From Pedosphaera sp. (lineage in GTDB: Bacteria; Verrucomicrobiota; Verrucomicrobiia; Limisphaerales; SIBH01): a stretch of DNA of 64,000 bases. Below are positions 1-9,661 of the stretch, piece by piece (the stretch's first letter is position 1; every line of letters begins with the position of its first letter). Position numbers and translations under genes: made by a program. The stretch covers positions 24,112 through 88,111 of the forward strand of contig JANOQV010000159.1 in NCBI GenBank assembly GCA_031414955.1, written 5' to 3'. The notes beneath the pieces are model-generated. The model worked only from the letters and a program-made list of their open reading frames with translations, had not been told where the DNA came from and did no database searches.

Positions 1-105
1 GCCAAGCTGCTGCACAAGAAGGAATTCCGAAAGCTGCTGGAGGTCTCTCCCGACGCCGCCTCAATTTTCCAGACGATCAAATCCCAGACCGCCGCGAAGG
101 CGTGA
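1..105 (+). CDS. C-terminal end of a gene entering from the left, possibly PTS EIIA-type protein (partial)
   Basis: Frame 1 reads AKLLHKKEFRKLLEVSPDAASIFQTIKSQTAAKA*, resembling the end of PTS IIA (fructose/nitrogen-type) domains; only 34 aa visible. Confidence 0.4.
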   Translation, partial: AKLLHKKEFRKLLEVSPDAASIFQTIKSQTAAKA

Positions 106-337
106 GCTTTTCCAATCCCCAACCAGCGAAACACATGACTTTCTACCTTCAGCCGCAGCCTGGTTCCGGTGAGTCGCGCTGCATTGGCGAGAGTGGCGCG
201 CGTAAATTGTTTGTCCGGGGCGCGCGCCCGGCCCGCACTTCCACCAGCACTCTGAACACCACCGCCCCCCGCCAAGGCACCGTGCCCTTTTGCTTCGCCC
301 GCTGTCCGGCCATGGTCTCGATTTATCTCGAGCGTTC

Positions 338-2107
338 ATGATTCATCTGGGGATCGAACAGCGGCTTCGCGCCGTCGTCGCACGAGTCCTGCCCGAGGCC
401 AATCTTACCACGGTGCTGGTTCGCCCGTGCCCGGATCCGAAGTTTGGGGATTACCAGAGCAACTCGCTCATGGCCCTGGCCAAGGAGCGCAAGATGAACC
501 CACGCCAGCTCGCCACCGAGGTGCTGGCGCGACTCGACCTGAGCGACACTTGCGAGAAGGTCGAAATCGCCGGAGCCGGCTTCTTGAATTTCAGGGTCAA
601 GCAATCCGCCATCGCCGCTGTGGTCGCGGCGGCGGTGCGTGGCGAACATCTCTTTTTCAGCAAGGCCGCGCAGCCCCGCACTATCGTCATCGATTTCAGC
701 TCGCCCAACGTGGCCAAGCCGATGCACGTCGGCCACAATCGCTCCACGGGCATCGGCGATTCGCTTCAGCACATCCTACGCCTGCTCGGCCATCGCGTCA
801 TCAGCGACAACCACATCGGCGACTGGGGCACGCAGTTCGGCAAGCTGCTCATCGGCTGGAAACAGAATCTCGATCGCGCCGCGCTCGAACGCGACCCCAT
901 CGGCGAGATGGAACGGCTCTATAAAGTTATCAACGTCGAGTGCGATGCCACTCCGGCGCGGCTCGAAGACGCCAAGCAGGAGTTGGTGAAACTCCAGGCT
1001 GGAGACGCGGAGAACCTCGCCATCTGGCAGGAGATGATCCGCCTGTCGCAGGTGCAGTTCGACACCATTTACGGACGGCTCGGGGTGAAGTTCGATCACG
1101 CGCTCGGCGAAAGTTTCTACAACCCGTGGCTCGGCGGCGTGGTGAACGATTTGCTGGCGCGTGGCCTCGCACAGGAGAGCGAGGGTGCCATCGGCGTGTT
1201 CAGCGACGGTTCGCTGCCGCCCAAGCAGGATCCCTTTCTCGTCCATCGCGAGGGCGAGTGGGTGGCCGACCCGGCACTGGTGCGCAAGAGCGATGGCGGT
1301 TTCAACTACATGACCACCGACCTCGCCACGGTGGATTACCGGCTCAAGACCTGGTCGCCCGACGAAATCGTTTACGTGGTGGACGACCGCCAGGCACCGC
1401 ACTTCCGCAAGCTGTTCCTCATCTTCGCCCGCTGGCAGCCCGAGGCGGCCAAGAAGGTGAAGCTCGTGCATGTCGGTTTCGGGAAAATCCTCGGCGACGA
1501 CGACAAGCCCTTCAAGACCCGCAGCGGTGACACGGTGAAGCTCGGCGACGTGCTCGATGAAGCGGAGGAGCGCGCGTTGCGGACCGTCTCCGAGAAAAAC
1601 CTGGAGATGCCGGAAGCCGCACGCCGCGAGATTGCCCGCGTGGTCGGGCTCGGCGCGGTGAAGTACGCCGATCTGCTGCCCAACCGCCAGAGCGATTACG
1701 TGTTCAGTTGGGACAAGATGCTTTCGCTCCAAGGCAACACCGCGCCCTACCTGCAATACGCCTACGCGCGCATCCGTTCGATCTTTCGCAAGGCCGGGGA
1801 CAATGCGGAACGCGAAACACGAAACGCGGAACTGGTTCTCAACGCGCCGGAAGAGCTGGCGCTGGCCCGGCACCTTCTCAACTTCGGCCTCACGCTCGAA
1901 GCGGCGGCCGAAGATTACCGCCCGAATTTCCTCTGCAATTATCTCTACGAGCTGTCCGGTTACTTCGCCGGTTTTTATGAAGCGTGCCCCGTCTTGAAAT
2001 CAGAAGGATCCGAACGCACCTCGCGCCTGATGCTCTGCGATGCGACCGCGCGCGTGCTCAAGCAGGGGCTGGAAGTTCTCGGCATCGAAGTGCTGGAGCA
2101 GATGTAG
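338..2107 (+). CDS. argS: Arginine--tRNA ligase
   Basis: FGDYQSN, DFSSPNVAKPMHVGHNRS (HIGH-like), NHIGDWGTQFG, FKTRSG, GNTAPYLQYAYAR; ATG 338 chosen as start. Confidence 0.97.
   Translation: MIHLGIEQRLRAVVARVLPEANLTTVLVRPCPDPKFGDYQSNSLMALAKERKMNPRQLATEVLARLDLSDTCEKVEIAGAGFLNFRVKQSAIAAVVAAAVRGEHLFFSKAAQPRTIVIDFSSPNVAKPMHVGHNRSTGIGDSLQHILRLLGHRVISDNHIGDWGTQFGKLLIGWKQNLDRAALERDPIGEMERLYKVINVECDATPARLEDAKQELVKLQAGDAENLAIWQEMIRLSQVQFDTIYGRLGVKFDHALGESFYNPWLGGVVNDLLARGLAQESEGAIGVFSDGSLPPKQDPFLVHREGEWVADPALVRKSDGGFNYMTTDLATVDYRLKTWSPDEIVYVVDDRQAPHFRKLFLIFARWQPEAAKKVKLVHVGFGKILGDDDKPFKTRSGDTVKLGDVLDEAEERALRTVSEKNLEMPEAARREIARVVGLGAVKYADLLPNRQSDYVFSWDKMLSLQGNTAPYLQYAYARIRSIFRKAGDNAERETRNAELVLNAPEELALARHLLNFGLTLEAAAEDYRPNFLCNYLYELSGYFAGFYEACPVLKSEGSERTSRLMLCDATARVLKQGLEVLGIEVLEQM
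1802..1832 (+). repeat. Short heptamer tandem repeat inside argS
   Basis: AATGCGG AACGCGA AACACGA AACGCGG AAC, encoding NAERETRNAE. Confidence 0.55.
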
Positions 2108-2124
2108 CCGGCGAGGTGGGAGTA

Positions 2125-2243
2125 GTCGCGCTGCGACAACTCCGCCCGCGTTCAGCGGGCGGCCCGTGCGACGCACTACCGGACGAGACCTCTCGCCAGT
2201 TCGTTGCGCCGCTGATGCGCGGCGCTACTTGTCGCAGCGCGAC
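2125..2243. repeat. REP-like inverted repeat downstream of argS
   Basis: Perfect 15-bp IR GTCGCGCTGCGACAA (2125-2139) / TTGTCGCAGCGCGAC (2229-2243). Confidence 0.7.
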
Positions 2244-2351
2244 AAGTTCCACCCGTGCCCTGGTCTGACCGCCCCATTTTACCGCCGTGCCCGCGATTCA
2301 ATTTGCCTCGCCCCGCCTCACTGCCTATAACCGCTCCACAGCACGACTGGC

Positions 2352-4535
2352 ATGGCTAATACTTCTCAGCTTCGCGGCAGATTCACCCTCACGTTGATTC
2401 TTTGGCTCGTGCTGCTCGGGGGCGTCGCGCGGCTGCCCGCGCAGTTGAACTTCGACGTGTTCGTCGGACACGGCCTCGGCCTTTCCGACAGCACCGTCGC
2501 GGAAGCAAGTTGGTTTCCCGTCACCTGCGAGATTCAGAACGACGGCCCGAGCTTCCAGGCCGTGGTCGAGCTGACCGGCGGCCAGTTCGGCGGCGGCCAA
2601 CTGCGGCGCATCGCCGTCGAACTGCCCACCCACACCAAGAAGCGGTTCACCGTGCCGATGTATTGCACCAGCCGCTACCGGACCAGTGTCGAGGCACGGC
2701 TCCTGAGCGAGAAGGGCAAGATCATCGCCGAGCGCACCGGTGTGGACGCGCGCACAGTGGTGGACTGGCAAAGCCCGCTCATCGCCAGTCTTTCGCGCAC
2801 GCATGGCGGCGCGGCGGGATTGCCGGAGAGCGTGGGCAAGAACTCGCAGTTGCGTCCGGCCACCACGCATCTTTCGCCTGAGCTGTTTCCCGACAACCCG
2901 CTCACGCTCGAATCGATCTCGGCCCTCTACCTGCACTCCTCGAAAGCGGTGGAGTTGAAACAGCCGCAGTCCACCGCGCTGCTCGCGTGGGTCGAGGGCG
3001 GCGGGCATTTGATCCTCGGCGTGGAACAGCCGGGCGACGTGAACGGCGTGGCGTGGCTGCAAAGTTATCTCCCTTGCGCGCTGGGCGACGCCGAGGTTCG
3101 CAAAGATCACAGCGCCCTCCAGCAATGGCTGCAAACACCGCGTGAGGAGGAGGCCGCCGCCCGCGCCCGGCAGAACCGCAACCGCCAGAATCCCAATCAG
3201 CCGCAGATGGCGAACCCCTTCACCATGCTGCTCACCGACAACACTTTCGAATCCGCCGACCTGCCCGTGGTGCGCGCGACCTTGCGCGATGGCACCGTGC
3301 TCATCGGCACGCCGGACGCGCCGCTGGCCATCCTGGCGGCGCGCGGACGCGGCACGGTCACCGTGCTGCTCTTCAGTCCTGAGTTGGAGCCGTTCCGCTC
3401 GTGGAAAAACCGGACCTGGTTCTGGGCGCGGCTCGGCTCCGTGCCCATCGAGTGGCTGGCCTCGGCCAACGTAAACAACAGCAGCTCCATGTCGCTGGAT
3501 GGAATCTTCGGCGCGATGGTGGACAGCAAACAGATCCGTAAGCTGCCCGTGGGCTGGCTGCTGTTGCTGCTGCTCGCCTACCTCGTGGTCATCGGCCCGC
3601 TCGACCAGTATTGGCTCAAGAAGATCAACCGGCAGATGCTGACGTGGATCACCTTCCCGACCTATGTGGTGCTGTTCTCGCTGCTGATTTATTTCATCGG
3701 CTACAAGCTGCGCTCCGGCGAGATGGAGTGGAACGAGTTGCACGTCGTGGATGTGACGCCGCACGGCGAGAAGTCGGATCTGCGCGGCCGGACCTTCTGC
3801 TCCGCGTATTCGCCGGCTAATGCGCGCTACGAAGTGGCGTCAGACACCGGCTACTCCACGCTGCGCGGCGAGATCGGCCAGGGCGGCGCGCAGGAAATCA
3901 GCAAGGCGGTGGTTGAACAGCGTGGAAACGGATTCGCCGCGCAACTGCAAGTGCCGGTGTGGACCAGCCAGTTGTTCGTGAACGACTGGTGGAAGCAGAC
4001 CGGCACGCCGCTCAACTTCACCGTCACTCCGCGCGGCGATTCGTACGACGTGCGGATCGAAAATCCTTCCGGCAAAAAAATCCCGCAGGCGCGGCTCATC
4101 GTTGACGGGCGAATGCACGAGTTGGGCGACGTGACGAAGGGAGGTCCCCGCCTCATCAAAGCGCAGGGCGGCACGCTCCTCCCGGCCTTCGTGCAGGTCA
4201 ACGTCGGCCGGTTCAACAGCGCGGTGCAGCAGCGCCAGCAGCAGTTCGGCTCCAGCCACGGGGAGCGCCTCGATGACAATTTCGTCGCCATCGCGGCCGC
4301 GTCCTTCCTCGCCACCGCCGTCCAGAGCGCCGACCCAGTTCAGCCAGGGAACCAATACTGGAGCCGCTTCGTCACGCCGCCCGGCTTCGACCTCACGCCG
4401 CTCATGCAGCGCGGCGACGCCATCCTGCTCGCCTGGATGCCCGGTGACACCCTGGTGCCGACGCTGAACAAGTTTTCCCCGCGCCACTCGAGGAAGGACA
4501 CGGTGCTGCGCGTCGTGGTTCCAATCGGAAAATGA
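2352..4535 (+). CDS. Large exported/membrane protein associated with an ABC-2 transporter (function unknown)
   Basis: 727 aa; N-terminal signal; two central TM helices (LLLLLLAYLVVIGPLDQYWLKK...TWITFPTYVVLFSLLIYFIG); ATGA overlap with the ABC ATPase. Confidence 0.75.
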   Translation: MANTSQLRGRFTLTLILWLVLLGGVARLPAQLNFDVFVGHGLGLSDSTVAEASWFPVTCEIQNDGPSFQAVVELTGGQFGGGQLRRIAVELPTHTKKRFTVPMYCTSRYRTSVEARLLSEKGKIIAERTGVDARTVVDWQSPLIASLSRTHGGAAGLPESVGKNSQLRPATTHLSPELFPDNPLTLESISALYLHSSKAVELKQPQSTALLAWVEGGGHLILGVEQPGDVNGVAWLQSYLPCALGDAEVRKDHSALQQWLQTPREEEAAARARQNRNRQNPNQPQMANPFTMLLTDNTFESADLPVVRATLRDGTVLIGTPDAPLAILAARGRGTVTVLLFSPELEPFRSWKNRTWFWARLGSVPIEWLASANVNNSSSMSLDGIFGAMVDSKQIRKLPVGWLLLLLLAYLVVIGPLDQYWLKKINRQMLTWITFPTYVVLFSLLIYFIGYKLRSGEMEWNELHVVDVTPHGEKSDLRGRTFCSAYSPANARYEVASDTGYSTLRGEIGQGGAQEISKAVVEQRGNGFAAQLQVPVWTSQLFVNDWWKQTGTPLNFTVTPRGDSYDVRIENPSGKKIPQARLIVDGRMHELGDVTKGGPRLIKAQGGTLLPAFVQVNVGRFNSAVQQRQQQFGSSHGERLDDNFVAIAAASFLATAVQSADPVQPGNQYWSRFVTPPGFDLTPLMQRGDAILLAWMPGDTLVPTLNKFSPRHSRKDTVLRVVVPIGK

Positions 4536-5527
4536 TTTCATCTATGGAAACGACCTCCTCAACTGATACGCGAACGCCGAGCGCCCCGCCCGTCCCCGCC
4601 GTGCAAACGAACGGCCTGACCCGCACTTACGGCGCGATGACGGCGCTCAGTTCGCTCGACCTCACCGTCCAGCGCGGCGATCTGTTCGGCTTCATCGGAT
4701 CGAACGGCGCGGGCAAGACGACCACGCTACGCATCCTCGCCACTTTCCTCGCGCCCAGCGCCGGCAACGCCTACGTGCTCGGCCACGACGTCGTGCGCGA
4801 CGCCGATGCCGTGCGCCACGTCATCGGTTACATGCCGGATTTCTTCGGTGTGTACAAGGACATGGAGGTGACTGAGTACCTCGATTTCTTCGGCGCCTGC
4901 TACAAGATTCCCACCGCCCAGCGCGAGAAAACCGTCAGTGATGTGCTCGAACTCGTGGGCTTGACCGAGAAGAAGGGCGCGCTCATCGGAGCACTCAGTC
5001 GCGGCATGCAGCAGCGCCTCGGCCTGGCCCGCGTGCTCATCCATGATCCGCAACTGCTCCTGCTCGACGAGCCGGCCAGCGGACTCGACCCGCGCGCGCG
5101 CATCGAGATGATGGCCGTGCTCCAGGAACTCCAGCGCATGGGCAAGACGATCATCATCTCGTCGCACATTCTCAGCGAGCTGCAGACGCTCTGTAACCAG
5201 GTTGCGATCATCGAGCGCGGCAAGTTGATTTACAGCGGCCCCGTCACCGGCGTCACCCAGCAGCTCTCCGAGACGCGCATCATGTGGGCCAAGGTTCCGC
5301 CCGAGCAGCACGTCCGCGCCATGGATCTGCTCAAGGTGCTGCCCCAGGTCCGCGCCGTGGAGGAACTGCAAGAACGCCTCAAGGTCACCATGCTCAACCA
5401 CGACACCGACCCCAGCATCATTTCCGAGACGCTGGTCCAAGGCGGGGTGAAGTTGCGCGGCCTGCGCGAGGATGAGATCGGCCTGGAGGAAGTCTTCATG
5501 CGCGTGACCAAGGGCGAGACGCAGTAA
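4532..5527 (+). CDS. ABC transporter ATP-binding protein (ABC-2/DrrA-like)
   Basis: Walker A GSNGAGKTT, signature LSRGMQQR, Walker B LLLLDEP, SSHIL. Confidence 0.95.
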   Translation: MISSMETTSSTDTRTPSAPPVPAVQTNGLTRTYGAMTALSSLDLTVQRGDLFGFIGSNGAGKTTTLRILATFLAPSAGNAYVLGHDVVRDADAVRHVIGYMPDFFGVYKDMEVTEYLDFFGACYKIPTAQREKTVSDVLELVGLTEKKGALIGALSRGMQQRLGLARVLIHDPQLLLLDEPASGLDPRARIEMMAVLQELQRMGKTIIISSHILSELQTLCNQVAIIERGKLIYSGPVTGVTQQLSETRIMWAKVPPEQHVRAMDLLKVLPQVRAVEELQERLKVTMLNHDTDPSIISETLVQGGVKLRGLREDEIGLEEVFMRVTKGETQ

Positions 5528-5529
5528 TC

Positions 5530-5832
5530 ATGACTGCCGGTCAAAAAGTGGATCTAGTTCTCGGCGCGATACTGGCCGTGGCGGGGATTGTTTGGGTGAT
5601 ACGCGCCATCTGGTTTGCTCCGGCTGAACTCCTGTCCTCCAAGGTTTCTTCCGCTCTCTGGGGCTTTCTCTTGGTAATCCTTGGCTTGTTTCGCATCGGC
5701 AAGGCGCTTCAAGCGGCATGGGTGACTCCTGACCGCCGCGCGATCACGATCCTCGCGGTGCTCGCAGCTTGCATCATCTCCTGGTTGGTGGCGCGTCGGG
5801 CTGAAAAACGGCGGGAGATTCCCAAGCCGTGA
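5530..5832 (+). CDS. Small membrane protein
   Basis: 100 aa with three hydrophobic segments; starts 2 nt after the ATPase stop. Confidence 0.6.
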   Translation: MTAGQKVDLVLGAILAVAGIVWVIRAIWFAPAELLSSKVSSALWGFLLVILGLFRIGKALQAAWVTPDRRAITILAVLAACIISWLVARRAEKRREIPKP

Positions 5833-5955
5833 GCACCAGATTTGTGGCAGCCGGAGATAACGATGGCGCTCCGACGGATTCACTTTTGACTTTCTCCTCG
5901 CTCAATGCGGTCCATGTGCTGCGTGTCGTGGCGCGTTGCGCGCGACAGTTTCCGG

Positions 5956-6010
5956 TTGGTGTTTGGAGCTTGGTGTTTCTTTGGGGTTTGATGTTTGGAG
6001 TTTGGAGCTT
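5956..6010. repeat. Right arm only of the heptamer hairpin element
   Basis: TTGGTGT TTGGAGC TTGGTGT TTCTTTGG...TTGGAGT TTGGAGCTT ending 6 nt before ATG 6017. Confidence 0.75.
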
Positions 6011-6016
6011 CCTCCC

Positions 6017-7738
6017 ATGACTTTCCTCCCCATCGTCGCCCGCGAGCTGCGTGTCACGGCACGCAAGCGCAGCACGTACTGGATTCGCTTCTCCGCTGCA
6101 GCGGTGGCGATGGCCGTGTGCGGCTGGTCGTTCATTTTCTTCACCCAGATGGGCGCAGCCAGCATGGCGGGCAAGATGTTATTCGGAGGAGCCGTCGGGC
6201 TGGCCTGGTTTTACGCGGTCATCGGTGGTGTCTTCAAAACCGCCGACACGCTCAGCGAGGAGAAGCGCGACGGCACACTCGGCCTGCTCTTCCTCACCGA
6301 CCTCAGGGGTTACGACATCGTGCTGGGCAAGATGGTGGCCGCGTCGGTGAACTGGTTCTTCGGATTGATCGCGCTCTTCCCCGTCATGGCGTTGTCGCTG
6401 CTCATGGGTGGCGTCGCGCCGGGCGAGTTCTGGCGGAGCATTGTCGGGCTGACCAATCTGCTTTTCTACTCGCTCGCCCTGGGCATGTTCGTCTCGTCCT
6501 TCTCGCGCAACGAACGGCGCGCAGCGGGCCTCACCATCGGCCTGCTCGTGCTGCTGCTCTGGCTGCCTTCGAGCCTGGCCGAATGGCAGCAGCACCGTAC
6601 CGGCGCCACGGTTCCGCCGCTCGGCCTGGTGCTGCCCGACGTGCTCAGCCCCATGCGTTTCGCCAGCGACTACGAATACGGACGCCAGCCGCAACTGTTC
6701 TGGCAGTCGCTCGCGGCGTCGCACGGCGTGGGCTGGCTGTTCATCGCCCTGGCCAGTCTCATCGTGCCGCGGACCTGGCAGCAGCCGAGCGGACGGGTCG
6801 CGCGCTGGGAGGAGCAGGCCGGGCAATTCAGTTATGGACGGAACGCCACGCGCCGTCGCCGCTTCCGTCAACGTGCGCTCGAACTGAATCCTTTTTACTG
6901 GGTCGCGGCCCGCGCCCGGGGCCAGTCCGTCTCCATCCTCGCAGTCCTGCTGCTCGCCTGCGCCGGCTTCCTTTTCTGGTTCGTGCAGGACCCGCAGGAT
7001 TGGACCAATGAAGACTCCTATCTCTTCGCGACCTTCTGTTTGCACAGCATCATCAAGGTCTGGCTTGCGCTGGCCGCGTGCCGGCGGTTCGTGGATGACC
7101 GGCGCAGCGGCGCGTTGGAACTGATCCTCTGCACGCCGCTCACCACGGGCGAGGTGGTGCGCGGACAATGGCTCGCTCTCGGCCGTCAGTTCCTCGGACC
7201 GATCCTGCTCGTGCTGGTGGCGGACACGTTGCTGCTTTGCTTTGGCAGCTACGCCGTCAATTACCGACTCCCTCGCGACCAGGCGCTCTTCGCCCTGATG
7301 TTCGGCGCAAACGTGATCGTCTTCCTCGCCGACATTGTCGCGCTGGGGTTGCTCTCGATGTGGCGCGGCCTGAAGTCCCGCCATTCGTACACCGCGTGGC
7401 TGTGGTGCGTGGTGCAAGTGCTGGCGCTGCCGTGGGTGATCTTCTACGTCGGGCTGACGGTGTTCTTCATGCTCGCTTTCCTGCCCAGGGTCATGACCCA
7501 GGCCAACGCCAACACGGGCTGGACCCAGACGCTCATGGATTACATGGCGTTCTTTATGACGGGGATGTGGTTCGTCGGCTGCATGGCCATGGCAATCCTC
7601 TCGGCCTGGTGGGCGTGGCGTTGCTTGAGGTCGAAGTTTCGCGAGCAAGTCACGGGAGTCTTCACGGCCGGAGCGCCCTTTCGAGCCAGGCCAACTCCCG
7701 TTCCACCCACCTTGCCTTCCCCGGCTGAACGAGTTTGA
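6017..7738 (+). CDS. ABC-2 type permease subunit, paralog 1
   Basis: MTFLPIVARELRV, TADTLSEEKRDGTLGLLFLTDLRGYDIVLGK, second RRSGALELILCTPL motif; many TM helices. Confidence 0.88.
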   Translation: MTFLPIVARELRVTARKRSTYWIRFSAAAVAMAVCGWSFIFFTQMGAASMAGKMLFGGAVGLAWFYAVIGGVFKTADTLSEEKRDGTLGLLFLTDLRGYDIVLGKMVAASVNWFFGLIALFPVMALSLLMGGVAPGEFWRSIVGLTNLLFYSLALGMFVSSFSRNERRAAGLTIGLLVLLLWLPSSLAEWQQHRTGATVPPLGLVLPDVLSPMRFASDYEYGRQPQLFWQSLAASHGVGWLFIALASLIVPRTWQQPSGRVARWEEQAGQFSYGRNATRRRRFRQRALELNPFYWVAARARGQSVSILAVLLLACAGFLFWFVQDPQDWTNEDSYLFATFCLHSIIKVWLALAACRRFVDDRRSGALELILCTPLTTGEVVRGQWLALGRQFLGPILLVLVADTLLLCFGSYAVNYRLPRDQALFALMFGANVIVFLADIVALGLLSMWRGLKSRHSYTAWLWCVVQVLALPWVIFYVGLTVFFMLAFLPRVMTQANANTGWTQTLMDYMAFFMTGMWFVGCMAMAILSAWWAWRCLRSKFREQVTGVFTAGAPFRARPTPVPPTLPSPAERV

Positions 7739-7818
7739 CCACGCCAGGCGAAACCCGGCCTGGTTCGGCGATTGGTGTTTGATGTCATGAACTCCTTTGC
7801 TGTTTGGTTGGTCTGCGC

Positions 7819-9522
7819 ATGACGTTGTTGCCCATCGTCGCCCGGGAACTGCGCGTGGCCTCGCGCCGCGCCGCGACTTACTGGACGCGCTTCACCTTCG
7901 CGCTGCTGGCCATCATCGTCGGTTCGTTTGCCTGGGCCATGCTCCTTCACCAATCGCCGCGGGAGACGGGCTACAGGCTTTTTATCTGGCTGGCCGTCCT
8001 CGCCTACCTCTACTCGCTCATCAGCGGCGCGCTGGCCACGGCGGATTGCGTGAGCGAGGAGAAGCGCGAAGGCACGCTCGGGCTGCTCTTCCTCACCGAC
8101 CTGCGCAGCTACGACATCGTGCTCGGCAAGCTCGCCGCCTCTTCCATCACCGCCATCTACGGGCTGCTGGCACTCTTTCCCATCCTGGGCATTCCGTTGC
8201 TGCTCGGTGGCGTGGCCCCGGCGGAATTCTGGCGCGTGGTCCTGGTGTGCCTGAACAACCTTTTCTTCTCGCTCACTCTGGGGCTGATTTGCTCCACGCT
8301 CTGCAAGGACGAGCGCAAATCCATCGGGCTGGCGATCCTGATTATCCTTCTCATCACGGCCGCCTGGCCCGGTCTCGTGGCGTGGATCGCCGTCTCGATT
8401 CAATCCAGCCATCCGCTCTACAACCTGCTCCGCAATCACCCCGAGGGTCTGCTGGTCCCCACTCCCGGCTTCGCCTGTTTCTTCGCTTTCGACGACGCCT
8501 ACAAATCAATGACGAGGGGCGCGACCTTCAACTGGTTCTACCTCTCGCTGGGGGTCGTCAACGCGATGGGCTGGGTGTCGCTGATTCTCACCACGATCAT
8601 TCTGCCGCGCATCTGGCACGACAAGGCCGCGACGGCCGCGACGTTGCGCCGCCGCGAGAAAGTGCGGGTCTGGACGGCGGGCACCAGCGATGTCCGCGAC
8701 GCCTTCCGCCGCCACCTGCTCGAGATCAATCCCTTCTACTGGCTGGCCTCGCGCGACCGTTTCAAGGGGACGCTGGTCTGGCTTTGGGTCGGCGCGGCCG
8801 CGCTCGTCTGGGCGCTCGGACTGGCCAACGCGCGGCGCGACTGGCTGGAGGTCGGCGTGTACGTGATGACCGCGTTGCTGGCGCATTCGTTCTTCAAATG
8901 CTGGGTGGCGATGGAGGCTTCGAAACAGCTCGGGGCGGATCGTCGCAGCGGCGCGCTGGAACTGCTCCTCTCCACGCCCCTGAGCGTGCCGGACATTTTG
9001 CGCGGCCAATGGTTGGCGCTCCTCCGACAGTTCGGCCCTGCGGTGGCCCTAGTCTGCGCGGTGGATCTGGTGTTCCTCGGCCTGGGGCTGAAGGAGACGG
9101 GTTCAAACGATCGCGGTTCGTGGATTCTGACGTGCCTCGCCGGCATTGGCGTCTTCGTCCTCGACCTGATCACGCTCGCGCTGCTCTCGATGTGGTTGAG
9201 CCTGCGGGGCCGCAAGACCAGCCAGGCCGGCCTCAGCGCCATCGTGCGCGTGTGCGTGGTGCCGTGGTTTCTCTTCGGTGCCTTCTGCGCCTTCGTGGCC
9301 GTGCTCGACGAAGTCTTCGGCTACAGCGCGCTCCCCAGCGACTACCGCGAAGGCCAATGGCTGCTCACCGTTTGGGTCGGCATCTCGGCCGTGAACGACT
9401 TCCTGCTCGGCGCCTCAGCCCTGCGCAACCTGCGCACGCGCTTTCGCTCGGTGGCGATGGAACGCGTTGAGACGAGGGCGGGGATTTGGCAAAGGTTGTT
9501 GGCGAGAAAGCGGGTGGAATGA
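7819..9522 (+). CDS. ABC-2 type permease subunit, paralog 2
   Basis: MTLLPIVARELRV, SEEKREGTLGLLFLTDLRSYDIVLGK, RRSGALELLLSTPL. Confidence 0.88.
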   Translation: MTLLPIVARELRVASRRAATYWTRFTFALLAIIVGSFAWAMLLHQSPRETGYRLFIWLAVLAYLYSLISGALATADCVSEEKREGTLGLLFLTDLRSYDIVLGKLAASSITAIYGLLALFPILGIPLLLGGVAPAEFWRVVLVCLNNLFFSLTLGLICSTLCKDERKSIGLAILIILLITAAWPGLVAWIAVSIQSSHPLYNLLRNHPEGLLVPTPGFACFFAFDDAYKSMTRGATFNWFYLSLGVVNAMGWVSLILTTIILPRIWHDKAATAATLRRREKVRVWTAGTSDVRDAFRRHLLEINPFYWLASRDRFKGTLVWLWVGAAALVWALGLANARRDWLEVGVYVMTALLAHSFFKCWVAMEASKQLGADRRSGALELLLSTPLSVPDILRGQWLALLRQFGPAVALVCAVDLVFLGLGLKETGSNDRGSWILTCLAGIGVFVLDLITLALLSMWLSLRGRKTSQAGLSAIVRVCVVPWFLFGAFCAFVAVLDEVFGYSALPSDYREGQWLLTVWVGISAVNDFLLGASALRNLRTRFRSVAMERVETRAGIWQRLLARKRVE

Positions 9523-9656
9523 AAACCCCAAGCTCCAAGCTCCAAGCACCAGGGAAACACCAAGCTCCAAGCTCCAACTCGCCGCGGGCGGGCCAGTGGA
9601 TTGGTGTTTGGGATTTGGAGCTTCTCTGGAACTTGGAGCTTGGAGCTTGGAGCTTT
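9523..9656. repeat. Heptamer-built inverted-repeat hairpin element
   Basis: (CCAAGCT)n left arm and (TTGGAGC)n right arm; starts at the upstream stop and ends 5 nt before ATG 9662. Confidence 0.9.
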
Positions 9657-9661
9657 CCCCC

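Noticed and set aside
9467..9661. N-terminal extensions such as WSLELG on permeases, pstA, pstB and the ZnuB-like gene
   Set aside because: They are translations of the heptamer hairpins; paralog alignment places starts just after the elements
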